A DNA stretch of 62,523 nucleotides, filler included, from Streblomastix strix (GCA_008636045.1; 4 parts of 4 records of this genome joined end to end with filler, not necessarily neighbours in it), one strand, 5' to 3'. Counted from the whole stretch's first letter, positions 14,101-27,675 are shown. Notes: generated from the letters alone by a model not told the origin. Made by a program: numbers and translations.

Positions 14101-15560
14101 ACAAGAAGCACACTTTCATGTGGAATTTGATCATCAGGTGTTCCTGTCCAACGAATCCAAAACAAAGAATCCAATAAAGGTTGAGGGAATAAATCTTCTT
14201 TCTCAATTTTCATAGCAATATGAGCTCTTACTAAATAATTCCCTTTATTTGTTTATATAAAATGAGTTCTACCATATGCTAAGTTTTTTGCTTCTTCATT
14301 TGATCCACCAAATGTTTTGACTGTTTGATTAATCATATCCTTACGTTCTTCATCCAAAGTATGACCACTCAAAATAAATGAAAATGCAATATCTGTTGAA
14401 GATATTGGTTAGATTTAATCAGGAAGTTATGCATCATTTGGTCTATATCCCAAAAAATCATTTGCTCTTCTAAGAAAACGACGAACATCTCTTAAAGACC
14501 ATTTAATGTGTAGAATATCCTTCATTCTATCAACAAACTGTCGAAGTGCTGTTGGTTAAAGTTAACTAATATTAATATTTGGATAATCTGCTTTCATTAT
14601 CTTTTTAATCAACCCTTCCATATCTTTTGCACTTGGATTAGAAACAATAAATCTTTGGAGAAGAGAATCAATAAATAAAGGGAGTTTGACACGTCCTCTT
14701 TCACTGTCATCATTTCCAGCTGCTACAAATAAGAAGCCATTTGCAATTGTAATTGGATCTTTAATTTCTGGATGAATGAATGTTTCACCAGGTCTTGCAG
14801 ATAAGAAAGGAACAAGTCCAATCATCACAGTTGGAGTCAATAAGTTGAATTCATCAGCAAGAAATACATATCCTTATCTTGCTGCTTATACAAGTGGTCC
14901 TTCTACAAATCGGAATCCATTCTTATAAAATGACATGTTACCAATAAACTATTCAACTTAAGTTTCTCCATTGCATGATACAGAATATACTGGATTTCTG
15001 GAATTGAAAGTACGATTAGCACTAAAATGTCGAACAGCTTCTGTTTTCCCACATCCTGGTTCACCTTATAAGAATAATGGCCATCCTGAAGCTGATGATA
15101 TTGTAAGAGCTGCAATACTCTGCCACATTGGAGTATTCCTATCTCCATCATAAAAGAATCTTTATCCTGATTTAGGTATATTTAATGTTCTTTGAATTAA
15201 TATTTCAGCTGCATTAGAAGCCAACACTTTTGGTTGTAATAAGCAAAGAGAAACTAATTCTGAAGCTGGAAGTTTATTGATAATTCCATATGTGGAGCAT
15301 GTCGCATTTGCAAGTTAAGCAATATCTCTTATAGTAGATGTATTAGGAAGTGAAGCAGATAATGCTTAAGCCAATTGATTTATTTAATCTATTTTTGGGA
15401 TTGAAGGTCTAATTCCACGTGTCAATTCTCCTTAATTAATCAATTTCATTTTCTCTGCAACTTTTGAAATGTCGGTTTAAGCAATTAATGTTCGTAATTG
15501 GTCTGATAATTCAGGAGGATCAACTGCAATAGTAACAAATCGATTTCGAAGCGCAAGTGA
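2176..15560 (-). CDS. Giant (>4,300 aa, N-terminus missing) midasin-like multi-AAA+ ATPase fused to three vWA domains, a GATase-like domain and a C-terminal Ser/Thr protein kinase
   Basis: One exon, 15560-3548 (about 4,004 codons), with no in-frame TGA on manual scan. Eight ORF-track fragments (14562, 11622, 10794, 7386, 6156, 5481, 5184, 4566) lie in this same frame. Walker A motifs: GEPGCGKT (~15050), GPTCYKT (~14090), GSPGRGKT (~12730), GESGAGKT (~11770). Walker B: FLADEFN, ILIDEIN, VLLDGVE. Arg fingers: SLALRNRF, LSPALRSRC. vWA motifs: VDISSSM (~7550), VIDNTQR (~6425), LDSSRSM...FTDG (4610-4325). The kinase follows via 7 GT-AG introns (3468-3547, 3055-3135, 2870-2930, ~2795-2859, ~2682-2737, 2428-2491, 2251-2304) with LGKGGFG, MAWKE, HQDIKPEN, ADFG, YEAPE, DMWAIG. 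Stop TGA at 2176-2178. Confidence 0.85.
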
Positions 15561-15660
15561 NNNNNNNNNNNNNNNNNNNNNNNNNNNNNNNNNNNNNNNN
15601 NNNNTTAATTAATTAANNNNNNNNNNNNNNNNNNNNNNNNNNNNNNNNNNNNNNNNNNNN
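15561..15660. other. Artificial contig spacer (N-run with TTAATTAATTAA six-frame stop linker)
   Basis: 44 N + TTAATTAATTAA + 44 N; the identical spacer recurs at 31218 and 46875. Confidence 0.97.
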
Positions 15661-16121
15661 GCTTAAATAGTGAAAGAAGGTCGTATGTCATTTCCCAGTG
15701 CTCATGCATCTACTCTAGCATATACATTTGCATTCTGTATATTTCTTGCATTCAGTTGGAGTTATGAATATTTTGTTAAATTGAAAGCGAAAGAATAAAA
15801 TGACTCTAATGATATATTATTTAAATAATAATTGGTGATGAATTAATCAAAATAAAAATAGCCAAAGAAAAGAAATAAATGAATTTAAACACAATAACTT
15901 AAAATAGAAATAAAACAAGAAAAAGCTTACTTCTAACAATAAGTTTAATCATTTCGTCTTCACTTGCTCTTATTTCATTATTTACATCTATATCTCGTAT
16001 ATCTGATAATAAACACAATATTAGTGATGTTATATGTGGATTTATTCTTGGTGTTGTAGGAGGCATAATAAGTGGATTTGCAGTTTATAAAAACATCTTT
16101 GGACATCTGATATATAGTTGA
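15661..16121 (+). CDS. PAP2-family lipid phosphate phosphatase, 3' fragment
   Basis: EGRMSFPSAHAS (C2 motif PSGH variant) in frame 1 and SRISDNKHNISDVICGFILG (C3 motif SRxxxxxHxxxD) in frame 3, with hydrophobic helices. The frame change implies an intron (possibly 15761-15861) or an indel. Ends TGA TGA at 16119. Confidence 0.85.
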
Positions 16122-16766
16122 TGAATAATTCTTTCATAATTATTCTGCATCTCAAATGGGAGATACAATATAGAAAAAATGAATTCCAATCTAAATCTAT
16201 TATCATGTTATTCTTTGATTATAATTTCAATACCAATTTAAACTATTTATAAAAGAAGAATTACTTTTAATTTTTAATTTTTTGAGAATTTTTTTAGTTT
16301 GTAATCTTATCGTAATAACTTGATAAAATAATATTTTCTGTAACATTCTTCTATTTAGTTTAATAATAATTAATATTTTCATTTCTTTTTTAAAAAAATT
16401 TCGTTTTATTATAAATCTTTTGTTTTATTTTTGTATCATTCTTCAATAGTACATTTTATCTAAATTTATAATTTAACATTAATAAAGAAATAAGTAAACT
16501 TGATATTTAATGTAATTATAACTTAAATCGTTATCTATTTGATATATTACTTAATAAATTTCATAATCCTTGCAATGTAATATTAAATAAATTTAACAAA
16601 TTAAAGAAAGAAGAAGAAAAATAAAAAAAGATGGAAAATAAAAATATAACTACAATTTTTGATTGAAAGAAGGATAAATAATTTATTATAAATAATTTTC
16701 ATAAAAATAAAATAATTCTGATGAATATAATGGATTTTGCAAAAATTTCCATTATTTCTATTTGCA

Positions 16767-19700
16767 ATGTAGAATTCAAGAGATAAAAATGGAAATAGTA
16801 ATGTATATGTAGAAAGTAAGATAAATTCTATAAACCAAGCACAAATACGATTGCAGAGTGCGTTAGATCGAGTCGAGAGAGAAACGAAGCGTATTTCGAC
16901 AGAACTGCAGAATAATATTTTAATTGTGAATTCTTTTGCGAATATGCAAGAACATCCTATAGTTACACGGATAAATTCCGAAATCAAGTCTGAAGTGAGA
17001 GCTTTATGAGATAAGTTGCTTAATTATGAAAAAGATACAACTCAAACGCTGGAAGGGTTAGACCAGAGAATATAATTATGGGAAGATCACAAAGATATTG
17101 AATTCATGAATAAGATATAAAACAATTAAAGTCAATACTCACACTTAACAGATAATAAGCAAAGCAACAATCAAAATATTCTTTCTTCAGGTTCCTACAA
17201 TTCATTATCCTCAAGAGGCAGAAGCTCAATTCAAACTCCCGAGCCTCTTCATACTATTGGATCAGATATTGGACAAGGAATGTCTCTTGGCCAAGCATTG
17301 AGACACATGAACATAAAAGAACAAAACGCTTTGCTTCGAATGGCCTCGCCTCTGCGTTCAACAGTATTATAATTATTATTATTGATTTTATTTATTTCAT
17401 TGTATCCTTATATTTAGGATACTTCAACTTCGCGTATTACTGCCTTAGAAAAGACTATACATGAGCTTCAACTCAAAATTTTACGACCTGAAAATATGAA
17501 TAAATTTCATGATAAATAAAATGAAGAAGAAGAAAGAAATAAAACAATTCATAAATTGGAAGAACAAATTAATGAAATGGAAACATAACTGAATAATGAT
17601 CTCAAAATATAATAAAAACAATATCATGAAACATTTGAGGTAAGCATTTTATTAAATTTCATAATAAATTTAAAATATTTAATTTTATTATATCATATAA
17701 TTAACAAAATATTATTTACAGTAAATCCAAAATAAATTTGAATAGTAAATTCAGCAACTAGCTAATAGAGTTGAAGAATAAGAAAATGGATTTAATTAAA
17801 CTTTTCAGAAAATGTAAAATCATTAGGAAGAAGAACAATAATAAATGAGAAATATTTATGAAAATAATTAAAATGAAAAAGAAAGATAAATTTCAGAAAA
17901 AATTCTGATAAATGTAGAAAAAATGATTAATGAATAAAATTAATTGAAATAGAATTAAATCAGAGAAATTATTTAATAGGAAATAAAAAAAGAAATAAAA
18001 TAAATTACTATTGAATTATAATCATAAAATCAATAATTAACAAATTTTGCTAAACAAAATGAACTGAAATAATTGAAAGATTTTGTTAAATTATAAAATG
18101 AATAAATAGCCAACAAACTTCCAGAACTTCAAAATGAGATAGCAGTGGAAATGGGAAAACAAATTGTCAATCTTTAATTTTAATTTTAATAAGATAATGA
18201 ATCCATCTTATAAGTTATTTAATTAATTGAATAAGAAAATACAACAAATTAATAAGAAACATAGAAAAATATTGTTTTTTAAATTGCATCTGAAGTAAAG
18301 AAGTAATTATAAAATGAAATGGAAAGAATGGTTGAAGTTTGCATATAACGAAGCATTTGTAAGATGAATGAAATTGAAGAGAAGAAGAATAAATATAATG
18401 AAGAACAGAAAAAGAAAGAATTGAATTAGAAAATGTTAAATGAAATGAAATAAGAAATGATTTAAACCCTCAGAAATGAAGCTTAATTAATGATAAGTAA
18501 AGCAATTGATGAGAAAATGTAATAAGGAAAAGAAATATAAAATAAGAAATATGAGATAGAAAATATTTTATAAAAACAAATAAACAAATCCAATAAATAA
18601 GAACACTTAGAATCACAACATTAAAATTAACTACCATCAAAAATTTGTTCTTCAACGGAATAATCATAAAAATCACCATTCTTTCTTTCAGATCCAAATA
18701 TTCCTTTCCCTTCTAATAATTCTTCTTTGAAAGATATCGAAAAAAGCAAATCTCAACCACAAACAAAACGCAAAGAAAGAAAATCAGATTTGCAGTAAAT
18801 TAATTAAGAAAAAGAAAATCAAAATTATCCAAAATTGGGATAAATAGACAATAAAATATTTTCATAAACTTCTCCATAAATATTACTCATAGAATAATAA
18901 TAATAATCAATACAAAAACCAATTTAATTGATTAGAGGAAAAACATCTCCAAATGTTATTTTCTAAGATCTTTTCAATTCAAAATAAATTTCAAATGATC
19001 GAATTTCTTAAATCTAATCTGAATACCAACCAACATTATTACAATCTCATTAAGAATAAGATTAAAATTTAGAATTGAATAAAACAAACTATTTTGAATA
19101 ACAAAATGAATCAAAAGAGATTGAATAAAAGAATGATTACATAAATAAATAAATAAATTCTATTTCTAATGATTAATCTGAATCTTAAATTCACTAATCA
19201 CTTGATCCTCATAAATAATCGACAGCATTGGGAATATATTTTTCATTTCATGAAGAGGATTAACAGATTATTGAAAGTATTGATCGTCGTTTATTTTAAA
19301 TTTTCTAAAGGAAATATCCAATTAATGAATAAAATAATACTGCTATAGTATTTTAGAACTTTAATGAATACACACTTTTCTTAAATCATTTTGAAGATTT
19401 AAATTAATTAGAAGATGAAAATAATTTAAACGAATATGGTTTTATAAGATCAGATATAAAATCATCAAAACAAGGAATGAATCGAGATCCAACTCTGAAT
19501 ATGGTTTCGAATGCAAGTAAATAATCAGTTATTTTAGATAATGAAATGATCAATGAAATTAAAAGATCAAATATTTTTCATTAACATTTAATAGGAGAAC
19601 GTGAAATTGAATAAAATATAATGAATGCATATGGATTAGAAAAATTAGAGAAAGAAAAAGCTGATAAATGGAGAGATTAAGAAGATGAAGAAGAATATAA

Positions 19701-22700
19701 TAATTAGAGAATGAAAACAAACTATGAAAAAGAAGAAGTTGATAATAGAGATTAATTAATAGCTTTTTAAGAGAATGATTAAAGTATTCAGAAATCATCA
19801 AATCTGAAGATAAATAAGGAATTATTGTAGAATTTATAAAATGAAGAAAATAAAGAGGTTGTAGAAGATTATTAAGTGAACTTTAATAATTAATAAATAG
19901 AAAGTTTATAAATGGAGAAATAATCAAAAATTGAAGTTTATTAATAAAATCAAACTGCACCATAACAAGCATAAACATTGAGAAAGACAATAACAAAAAT
20001 AGTGAAGAGAAAAAAAGAGAAAAAATAAAAAGATATTAATGAATAACTCGCATTACTGGAAAAGCAAATTATGAAAACATAACAAAAATATAATCTTAAT
20101 GAAGACATTGAAAATTTATATTATGAAATTGAAAATGAAAACACATTAAATGATGATGATGAAGAAGAAGAAGAATAAGAAGAAGAAGAAGAAGAAGAAG
20201 AAGTTTAGGAAGAAGTTGAAATTGACGTAGAAGTTGATGAGAATGAAAATATCAATAATGATACTGAATTAAATTAACCTTAAATCCAAATTGGATAAAA
20301 CATATAAACCATTCAAGCAGAAAAAAATATATCTAAATTCATCTAAACAAAAGGGAGTGGATTTTTTTCACCTCCAACTTAACAGATATAATATAAACCT
20401 GTATAAATACCATATGTTCATAATCGTACAGGACTATAAAAGTCTGATTTACTTCAATTAAACTAATTAAATGAAGATGATGAAACAAATTATGATTTAG
20501 AATAATTTCGTTAATAATAAAAGGAATAAAATATAGATAGACTAAAATCTTTGTAATAACGAATTTAAGAAAGTGAAAAACGTGGAATTATACTGAGAAA
20601 GATGATGAAAGAAGTAATTGAGAGAGTTATAGATGATAAGAATACAGAATCATATAAAGTCTACAGTTCAATTATTCGAGATGAGAATTCCAAAGTTGAG
20701 AAACGGATAATGGAATAGATTAAGAAATAAAGATAATAAGATAATGAAGATTAAGAAAACTTATTTATAAACGAAAATAAATAATATTCAGATATATCAG
20801 AAGCTGAATATATGAATGGACATATTGAGAAATCAAACGATGAAGAATAAACCGAAGGAAAGCATTTCTTGGATAAACGCTAAGATTAATCATCTAACTC
20901 ACCAATTTCAATGTTTTCATACTCTACATTCCAAACATAACAAACAGATCAAGAATTTATCTCTAATCAAAACTCACCTTTTCATTAATAACCAATTAAA
21001 TATTAGACAATTCTTCAAGTTGAACAAATCAAAGAAGATATAGATGAAGAAACAAATTCAAAAATGAATTCAAATGAATAAAGCTAAATTGACAACGAAT
21101 AATCAGTTGATGAAAAAGGAAATGATAAAATAATTCATGAATTAAATCAAGATAATGATTCAATTTTAAAAGATAATTTAAAATAAATATCTGATTTAGA
21201 AACAGAGAATTTAAGATCAGAAAAGGAAAATATGAAAATTACTAAATCAAATATTTAAACTAATTTATCTTCTTCTTAAACTCGGATTTCACCAAAAAAT
21301 TCTTCTTCTTCATCATCATCTTCATCATCATCATCTTAGATAATTTAAGAATCACAAGATTGATAATAAAATAAAATATTGAAAGATAAAGCTTCAGGAA
21401 TGAAGTCATATATTTCAATCAGCACTGAAGACAGTAATCAAATATCCGGATCTATTTTATCCGATCATATTCATATCACTGATACTGAACATTGTATTTA
21501 ATAAACACTTAACATTGGAAGTTCATAATCACCAAGTATTCAATCAAGTCAGTCTTCTGATTCTGTTTCTGGATCACATTCATCTTAATAAAATCAGAAT
21601 CATCATCTCCGCCATCATATACATCATCATACTCATGAAAACTCATAATAATAGATTAAACATTAAACTTAATAAATAACAAGTCCATCTTCAAAACACA
21701 AAAGTAACCATCATAAGCATAATTAAGACAATTCTCCAGGATAATAAAATAGTTTTAACTAATAAAATCAGGAAGAATTTCTGAAAGAAGCTGATTAATA
21801 ATAAATTTAAAGAAGTAGATCTAGATCTAGATCAATGTAAGTCAATAAAATATAAAGTATTGATTTAATTAATACTGGTTATAGTGTTGGGTAGTTGGAT
21901 TACTTATAGACATTAAATATATAAGCTAAAACAAATGAATAATAATCCAATTAATAGAAATTAGATGAAATAAACTAATTTTAAAATAAATAAAACAACA
22001 AATTTGAATAAAATTAATAATAAATGAATGAAAAATAAATTTTAATTGTCAATCATCCAAACCCTACACATGCGAATACAAATGGAATCATTCAAATGAG
22101 CACACCTACTTAATCACCACGAACACCTGCGAAACATGAAGAAAATAATAAATTAAACGATCCAAACATTTCAGAATCAACTTAATATCTTTCATAATCA
22201 TTTAATAAATATTAATAATAGATTAATAATTAAATTAATTCTCCTTCTTAAAGATAATCACCCACTTAAAGATAATCACCAAATCTTTTACAAGGAAATG
22301 CTAAACCTCCATTATATCAACAAAGCTTGAAACAATAATAAAATCAATGAATGAATTAACCACAGCCTCATTCTCCAATTCTATCTCCAAGATCACCTTC
22401 AAATATATCATTCTCAGCAATTGTTATGAATGCACTACAAATGGCCAATGATCTTCCAGATTCAAGATTATCTCCAAGATTAATTAGATAAGCTGCATTG
22501 TTAGAAACAAGCCATAGTCAAAATAAGTTAATTGATACTAACAATAACAATAATAATGGTATTGCAGATGAAACCCAATTTTATTCAAATCAAGATTTAT
22601 CTTAAATTTCAATGATAGAAGATTCATTCAATACCAAAACTTCAGCGCCTTTAACTTAAGAAGATTTATAAATGAAAGATATTGATAATTATTCAGAAAA

Positions 22701-25700
22701 TGAATTAGAAAGGAATAATGATATAAATGAGAAAAACTTAATTAATTTAAATGATGATTTGTCAATTAATAGAACAATCTATAATCAAAATTCTGATCTG
22801 TAAATATTATCGTCTGAACTATACAGTTCATCATCCTCTAGTTCATCTCAACAAAAAAGACCTAATACACAACATTCTAGTATTCAAATTGCTTCTAAGA
22901 ACATATCTACTAAAATTAATCCTTAATAAGTTTAACCAATTCGATTAATCTCCCCATCTATTCAATCGACTCGTTCTACATAAACAATATCATCAGTTTC
23001 ATCAAACTCTTCAAATGTTATATTTTTAAAACCAGAAACTGAAAGATAATTTTTTGAAAGAAAAGTAGATAATATTCCATTGAGTGCAAGACCTATTCTA
23101 AAAAATTCATTAAAATTAGAAAATCTTCCAATAATAAAAGAGATTCAAAATTAATAACAATCACAGCATGAATAACAAGTATAATAGTTAGGGACTAAAC
23201 TTTAAAATTTAAATTAACTTTCTTTAGTTTAAAACCAACTTTAAGATTAAAAAATGTAAGATAAATAAATAAATATGAAATTTAATGAATTAGAAAATAA
23301 AGAAAAATAAATTATATATGAAAATGATCATGTGAATGCTGATTCAGAACAAATTTCTCTACATAATAATTCAATATATAAATCTGATAAAAATAATATG
23401 AATAGCATGAAAAACTAAGAGAAATTGATTGATTCAAAATAAAATGATATTCAATAAATAATAATATACAATTAAAAAGATAATTTAACAATTGGAAAAG
23501 AAAATGAAGAAAAAATAAATATATTTAAAGATTAATTATAAATTTAATCTTCATCATCTTAATCATAATAAAATGGTAATTCAATTTAATAGTTATATTA
23601 AGAAAATGAAAATATTCAAAATATTAACGAAAAATAAATTGAATATTTTTCAAAAGATGAAAAAGATTAAGATTATTAAAAAGATGAAATTAAATTTGAC
23701 ATTCATAATTTCCAAAATATTGATTTATAAAATGATAAAGGAGATTATTTTCCAGTCCAAATTATTGAATAATTTACATCCAATCAAAAAAACTTATTTT
23801 AATAGTAAAACAATTCTGGAATCTTATTGAATAATAGTTTAATTTAACCATAAAATTAAAATAATTCTGGGAATAATTTGAAATATTCTTCATCTTCAAA
23901 TTAGTAATTTATAATTAATTAAAATTAGAAAAAATCACTTACTATCTCATTACAAACTATATAAAATTAAAATGAATAACAATAAAACTTATAAAATTCT
24001 GATTTGTAAAGTTTAAATTAATCTCAAAACAAATAAAAACTTACAGAATAGGATTTTATATCCACAAAACAAAATAAAGTCTAGCTCCAATCACCAACTG
24101 TTTTTTCTGAATTAGAAAATAGTTAAATGAAAGGGGCTTTTAATAAATCTTCAACAATCACACATTTTGAATCATTATTTTCTAGTCCTTATGCATAAAA
24201 TTTTTTCAATCCAACATCGCCTTTAACAATTGAATCACCTTCATAATGGGAATCAGGATCGATTCATTTAATTGAAAAAGATGAAAATGAAAAATAATAT
24301 GAAGAATTAAATGATAAAAGTTTTATTAAAGATAAATCATATTCAGAAGATTATTCAAACAGTTTAAACATTCATGAAATGAATTAAGAACTTGATTAAG
24401 AAAAAGAAAATGTGAAAAATAATTAGAAAGAATAAAGAGATAGAAAAATAAATAAGAAAAGAGATTTAGAAAAAGAAGAGAGAAAAGAATAAGATAATTA
24501 TTAATAAAAAGAAAAAATCAAACAAATCGAGGGAGAAAAAGAAAAGAAGAAGAAAAATAAAAAGAAAATCAAGAATTTTTTTAATGGATCTTTGAGTGAT
24601 AGAGTTCACAAGAAACATGAAGAAAGAATGGGACTTGCTTTAGATTTTGAAGAAATGTTAAATAAAACGAAATTTAATAAATAAGAATAAGATAATAATA
24701 CAAAATATAAAGACGATGAAATAAATGAAATGATATAAAAATAACTGTAATCAACTCAGAATGGGAAAATAAATTATTAACAACAAGATCAACATCTTTC
24801 TTCAACGATGCCAATAGAAATGAATACCTCATTAATATCAAATAATTCCGATTCATCAACTTAAAATGATGATAAAGAATTAAGTCTCAACAATAAATCA
24901 AAATACGCATAATAAAATCAACAACAGCCTTCTCGCACAATTGCATAGAAGCATCATTTATTAGATTAATCATAAGTGCATAAAGTTAATACAGATCCAG
25001 AAATATATAATTCTAAAAGATCAGAAACTGAATTTGAATCCGATAGAGATTCAAATTAAGACTCTTTTGAATAGATGAAATTTAAAAAGAAGAAAAAGAA
25101 GAAGAAAAAGAAGAAATAATTTGGAGCAGAATTATAATATTAAGGAGAAGAATAATAAGGAGAAGAATTAGGAATAATAAATAATTCAATAACAAATACT
25201 TTTTAGATGCAAACTGCATCAACAGAATGATCTAGTAATTAAGATTCGCAGTCTGAATATTCTTGGGAAATTGTTATTTCTCCAAATAAAAAATAAAAAT
25301 TAACAACCGAGAAAAAACAACCCCTAACTAAATTATAAAATTCATTTAATGCAGAATTTGAAGAATAATAAACAGAATAAGAAACGAAAGAAATATTTGA
25401 TTCAAATTAAAAATTATTATCATCTAAAGATGATTAGTTAAAGTCTGAGAATTTTAATAATAAAGATTTTTACTAAGAAAAAGAAATTATTTGTGAATAA
25501 GAAAAATAAATTATAACTCTTTAATCATCATAATATTAATAGCAGACAAATTCCACTCAATTTTCGAAAGATTTAACATAATTTACTTAATTAACATCTG
25601 AAGCGCAAAGAAAAAATATTTCTCAATGAAATAAGAAATAAGAAAACAATAAATTTATTGATAATTTTATTGATGAAAAAATAAATTTGAGTTCTGAAAG

Positions 25701-27675
25701 CAATGAGTTTCATATTCAACACCCAAGTTTGTAAAGTGAAAAAGGATATGAATTTGAATGAATTAATGAAAATGAAATTATGAATGGAAGCAATAGATAA
25801 TTTTTTGCATCTGATCAATATATTTAATCAACCAAACTAACATAAGATACTCTTAAATAATATTAAACAGATAAAATTCAACAGTCTCTTAATTAATATC
25901 AGAATAATAATTCATCATCTGTTTAAAATGAATTAATTCCGTCCTAATCTGAAATATAATAAAATTATTCTAATTTAAATTACTATCCCTCTCCTGCTTA
26001 AAACAATGATATTGATTTATTAACTGTAACAGATGAACATATTCCTATTAATGGAAATGAATTTATTAAAATGAAAACTAAAATAAATTAATTGAATAAA
26101 ATTAATAAGAAAAACAATATTCAAAGAGATTCACGATAAGAAATAAACGAATTGATAAAATAAAAAGAAATTTATAATGAAAATACTAGAGAAGATGAGA
26201 AAATAGATGAAGTAGAAGATATTTGAGATAAAGAGATAAATAATTTGAACAGTAACAGTGAAATTAATTTTTATTAAGAAGAAATGGAAAATCAATTCTA
26301 AAATAATATTAATTCTGAATAAAATTAATAAATGCTTCAAAATCAAGAAAAATAATAAATAAAACTTTAGGATCAAGAAATAATAAAATATTCTTAAAAT
26401 ATTAAATAATAATAAATTGAATTGGTGAATCAAAGATAATTTGGCTTTTTAGCAAATAAATAATAAATTGATAGAGAATTCGAAGAGAAAGGAAAATTTG
26501 AATTATAACAACAATAATAATTAAATAATTAAGAAAAAATCGAATAGTTGTAATAACAATAAGAATTAATTTAGAAATAATGCGACATCAACAATCAACA
26601 AGTAAATCTTTCTTTAAATATAAATGATTCTTAACACTCAATTCATCATTTAAGTTAAATTGATGATAATTAATCAGGACTGTCCTTAATATCTTCATAT
26701 TAAGATTTTTAATACAATTCACAAACTTCTTACTCTTAAAAATCTTCTTTATAATTATAAGATCTCTCACATTAATGAGGAAATAATATAAATGAATAAT
26801 GAAATAAATTAGAATTTGTTTAAGATAATGAAAATAATTAGATTTAAATGGATTATAATAATTAGGATTTTAAAAAGAATGAAAAATATGATAAATATGA
26901 TGGGAATAATATTGACAGCTCACATACAACCATCGATGATGATTCAAGTTCATAGAATGACTTTTTAGCTAAAGTCTAATAACATGATATTTATCCTCTT
27001 CTTATAAGACATCCTGAATCTGTTATAACATTATCTCTATATGAAAAACAATTTGTTAAAACTGATGAATAATTTAATGAAAATATGTTGATTGATTAAA
27101 ATGATTAAGGAGAATAAAAAGAAGAAAATAATTAACTATTATAGCCACAAATATAAGAAATTGATTTATTTTCACATGCAAAGTTTGCACAAGATAGAAG
27201 AACTCATTCATTAACAAAATTAAATCCTCATTAAACATCTCAATAAATATTAAGAAGTTTGAGAAGAAAATTAAGTTTGGATGAACCTAAGACTAATTAA
27301 TAATTAGATGATGAAATTAATTCTACTTTCTCCATTCCAAATGAATAGACATCTTTATTTGCTACTCCTTCATAATAAACAATTTCATATTAAAATTCTT
27401 TAACTAAATCTTTTTCAAATTAAAGTAGATAACTTTAATCTACAAATAAAGATGGATATAATTAAAATAATTAAATATAAGGATAAAATTCTAATAAATA
27501 GGAATGGAAGAGAATTTATATTGATGGAACATAAGATAAAAAAATTGATACAGAATTGGTAATTAACAAATCATGGAAAGATAATTCTATTGAAAGCGAA
27601 ATAGAGAAAATGAAAGAGAAAAATATTAAATAAGAAGATGAGAAGGATGATGACAATAAATTATTAGTTGAATGA
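16767..27675 (+). CDS. Very large (~3,600 codon) Gln/Asn/Glu/Ser-rich protein with N-terminal coiled coil, unknown function; nine internal in-frame TGA codons
   Basis: ATG at 16767; GT-AG introns at 17364-17417 and 17640-17721; then frame 1 continues without frameshift for ~10 kb to TGA 27673, followed by T-rich non-coding DNA. Internal TGAs at 17007, 21361, 22348, 25228, 25627, 25759, 26224, 26776, 26800, with no change in coding-like composition across them. Confidence 0.7.

Noticed and set aside
2176..15560. Calling the giant AAA+ gene MDN1/REA1, dynein or RNF213
   Set aside because: The linker is shorter than in midasin, with no acidic tail, a degenerate midasin-type MIDAS and extra domains. 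No dynein stalk or RING/E3 module is seen. Treated as a midasin-like paralogue with no symbol.
15605..15616. TTAATTAATTAA as a biological motif
   Set aside because: It is centred in N-runs identically three times; a synthetic six-frame stop linker.
16767..27675. Selenocysteine as the meaning of the internal TGAs
   Set aside because: They lie in disordered Gln/Asn-rich sequence with no redox motif, and I saw no SECIS-like hairpin in the T-rich 3' region. Not formally excluded.
16767..27675. Several separate short genes ending at each TGA
   Set aside because: There is no intergenic-type sequence or frame change after any TGA, and some are only 24-130 nt apart.
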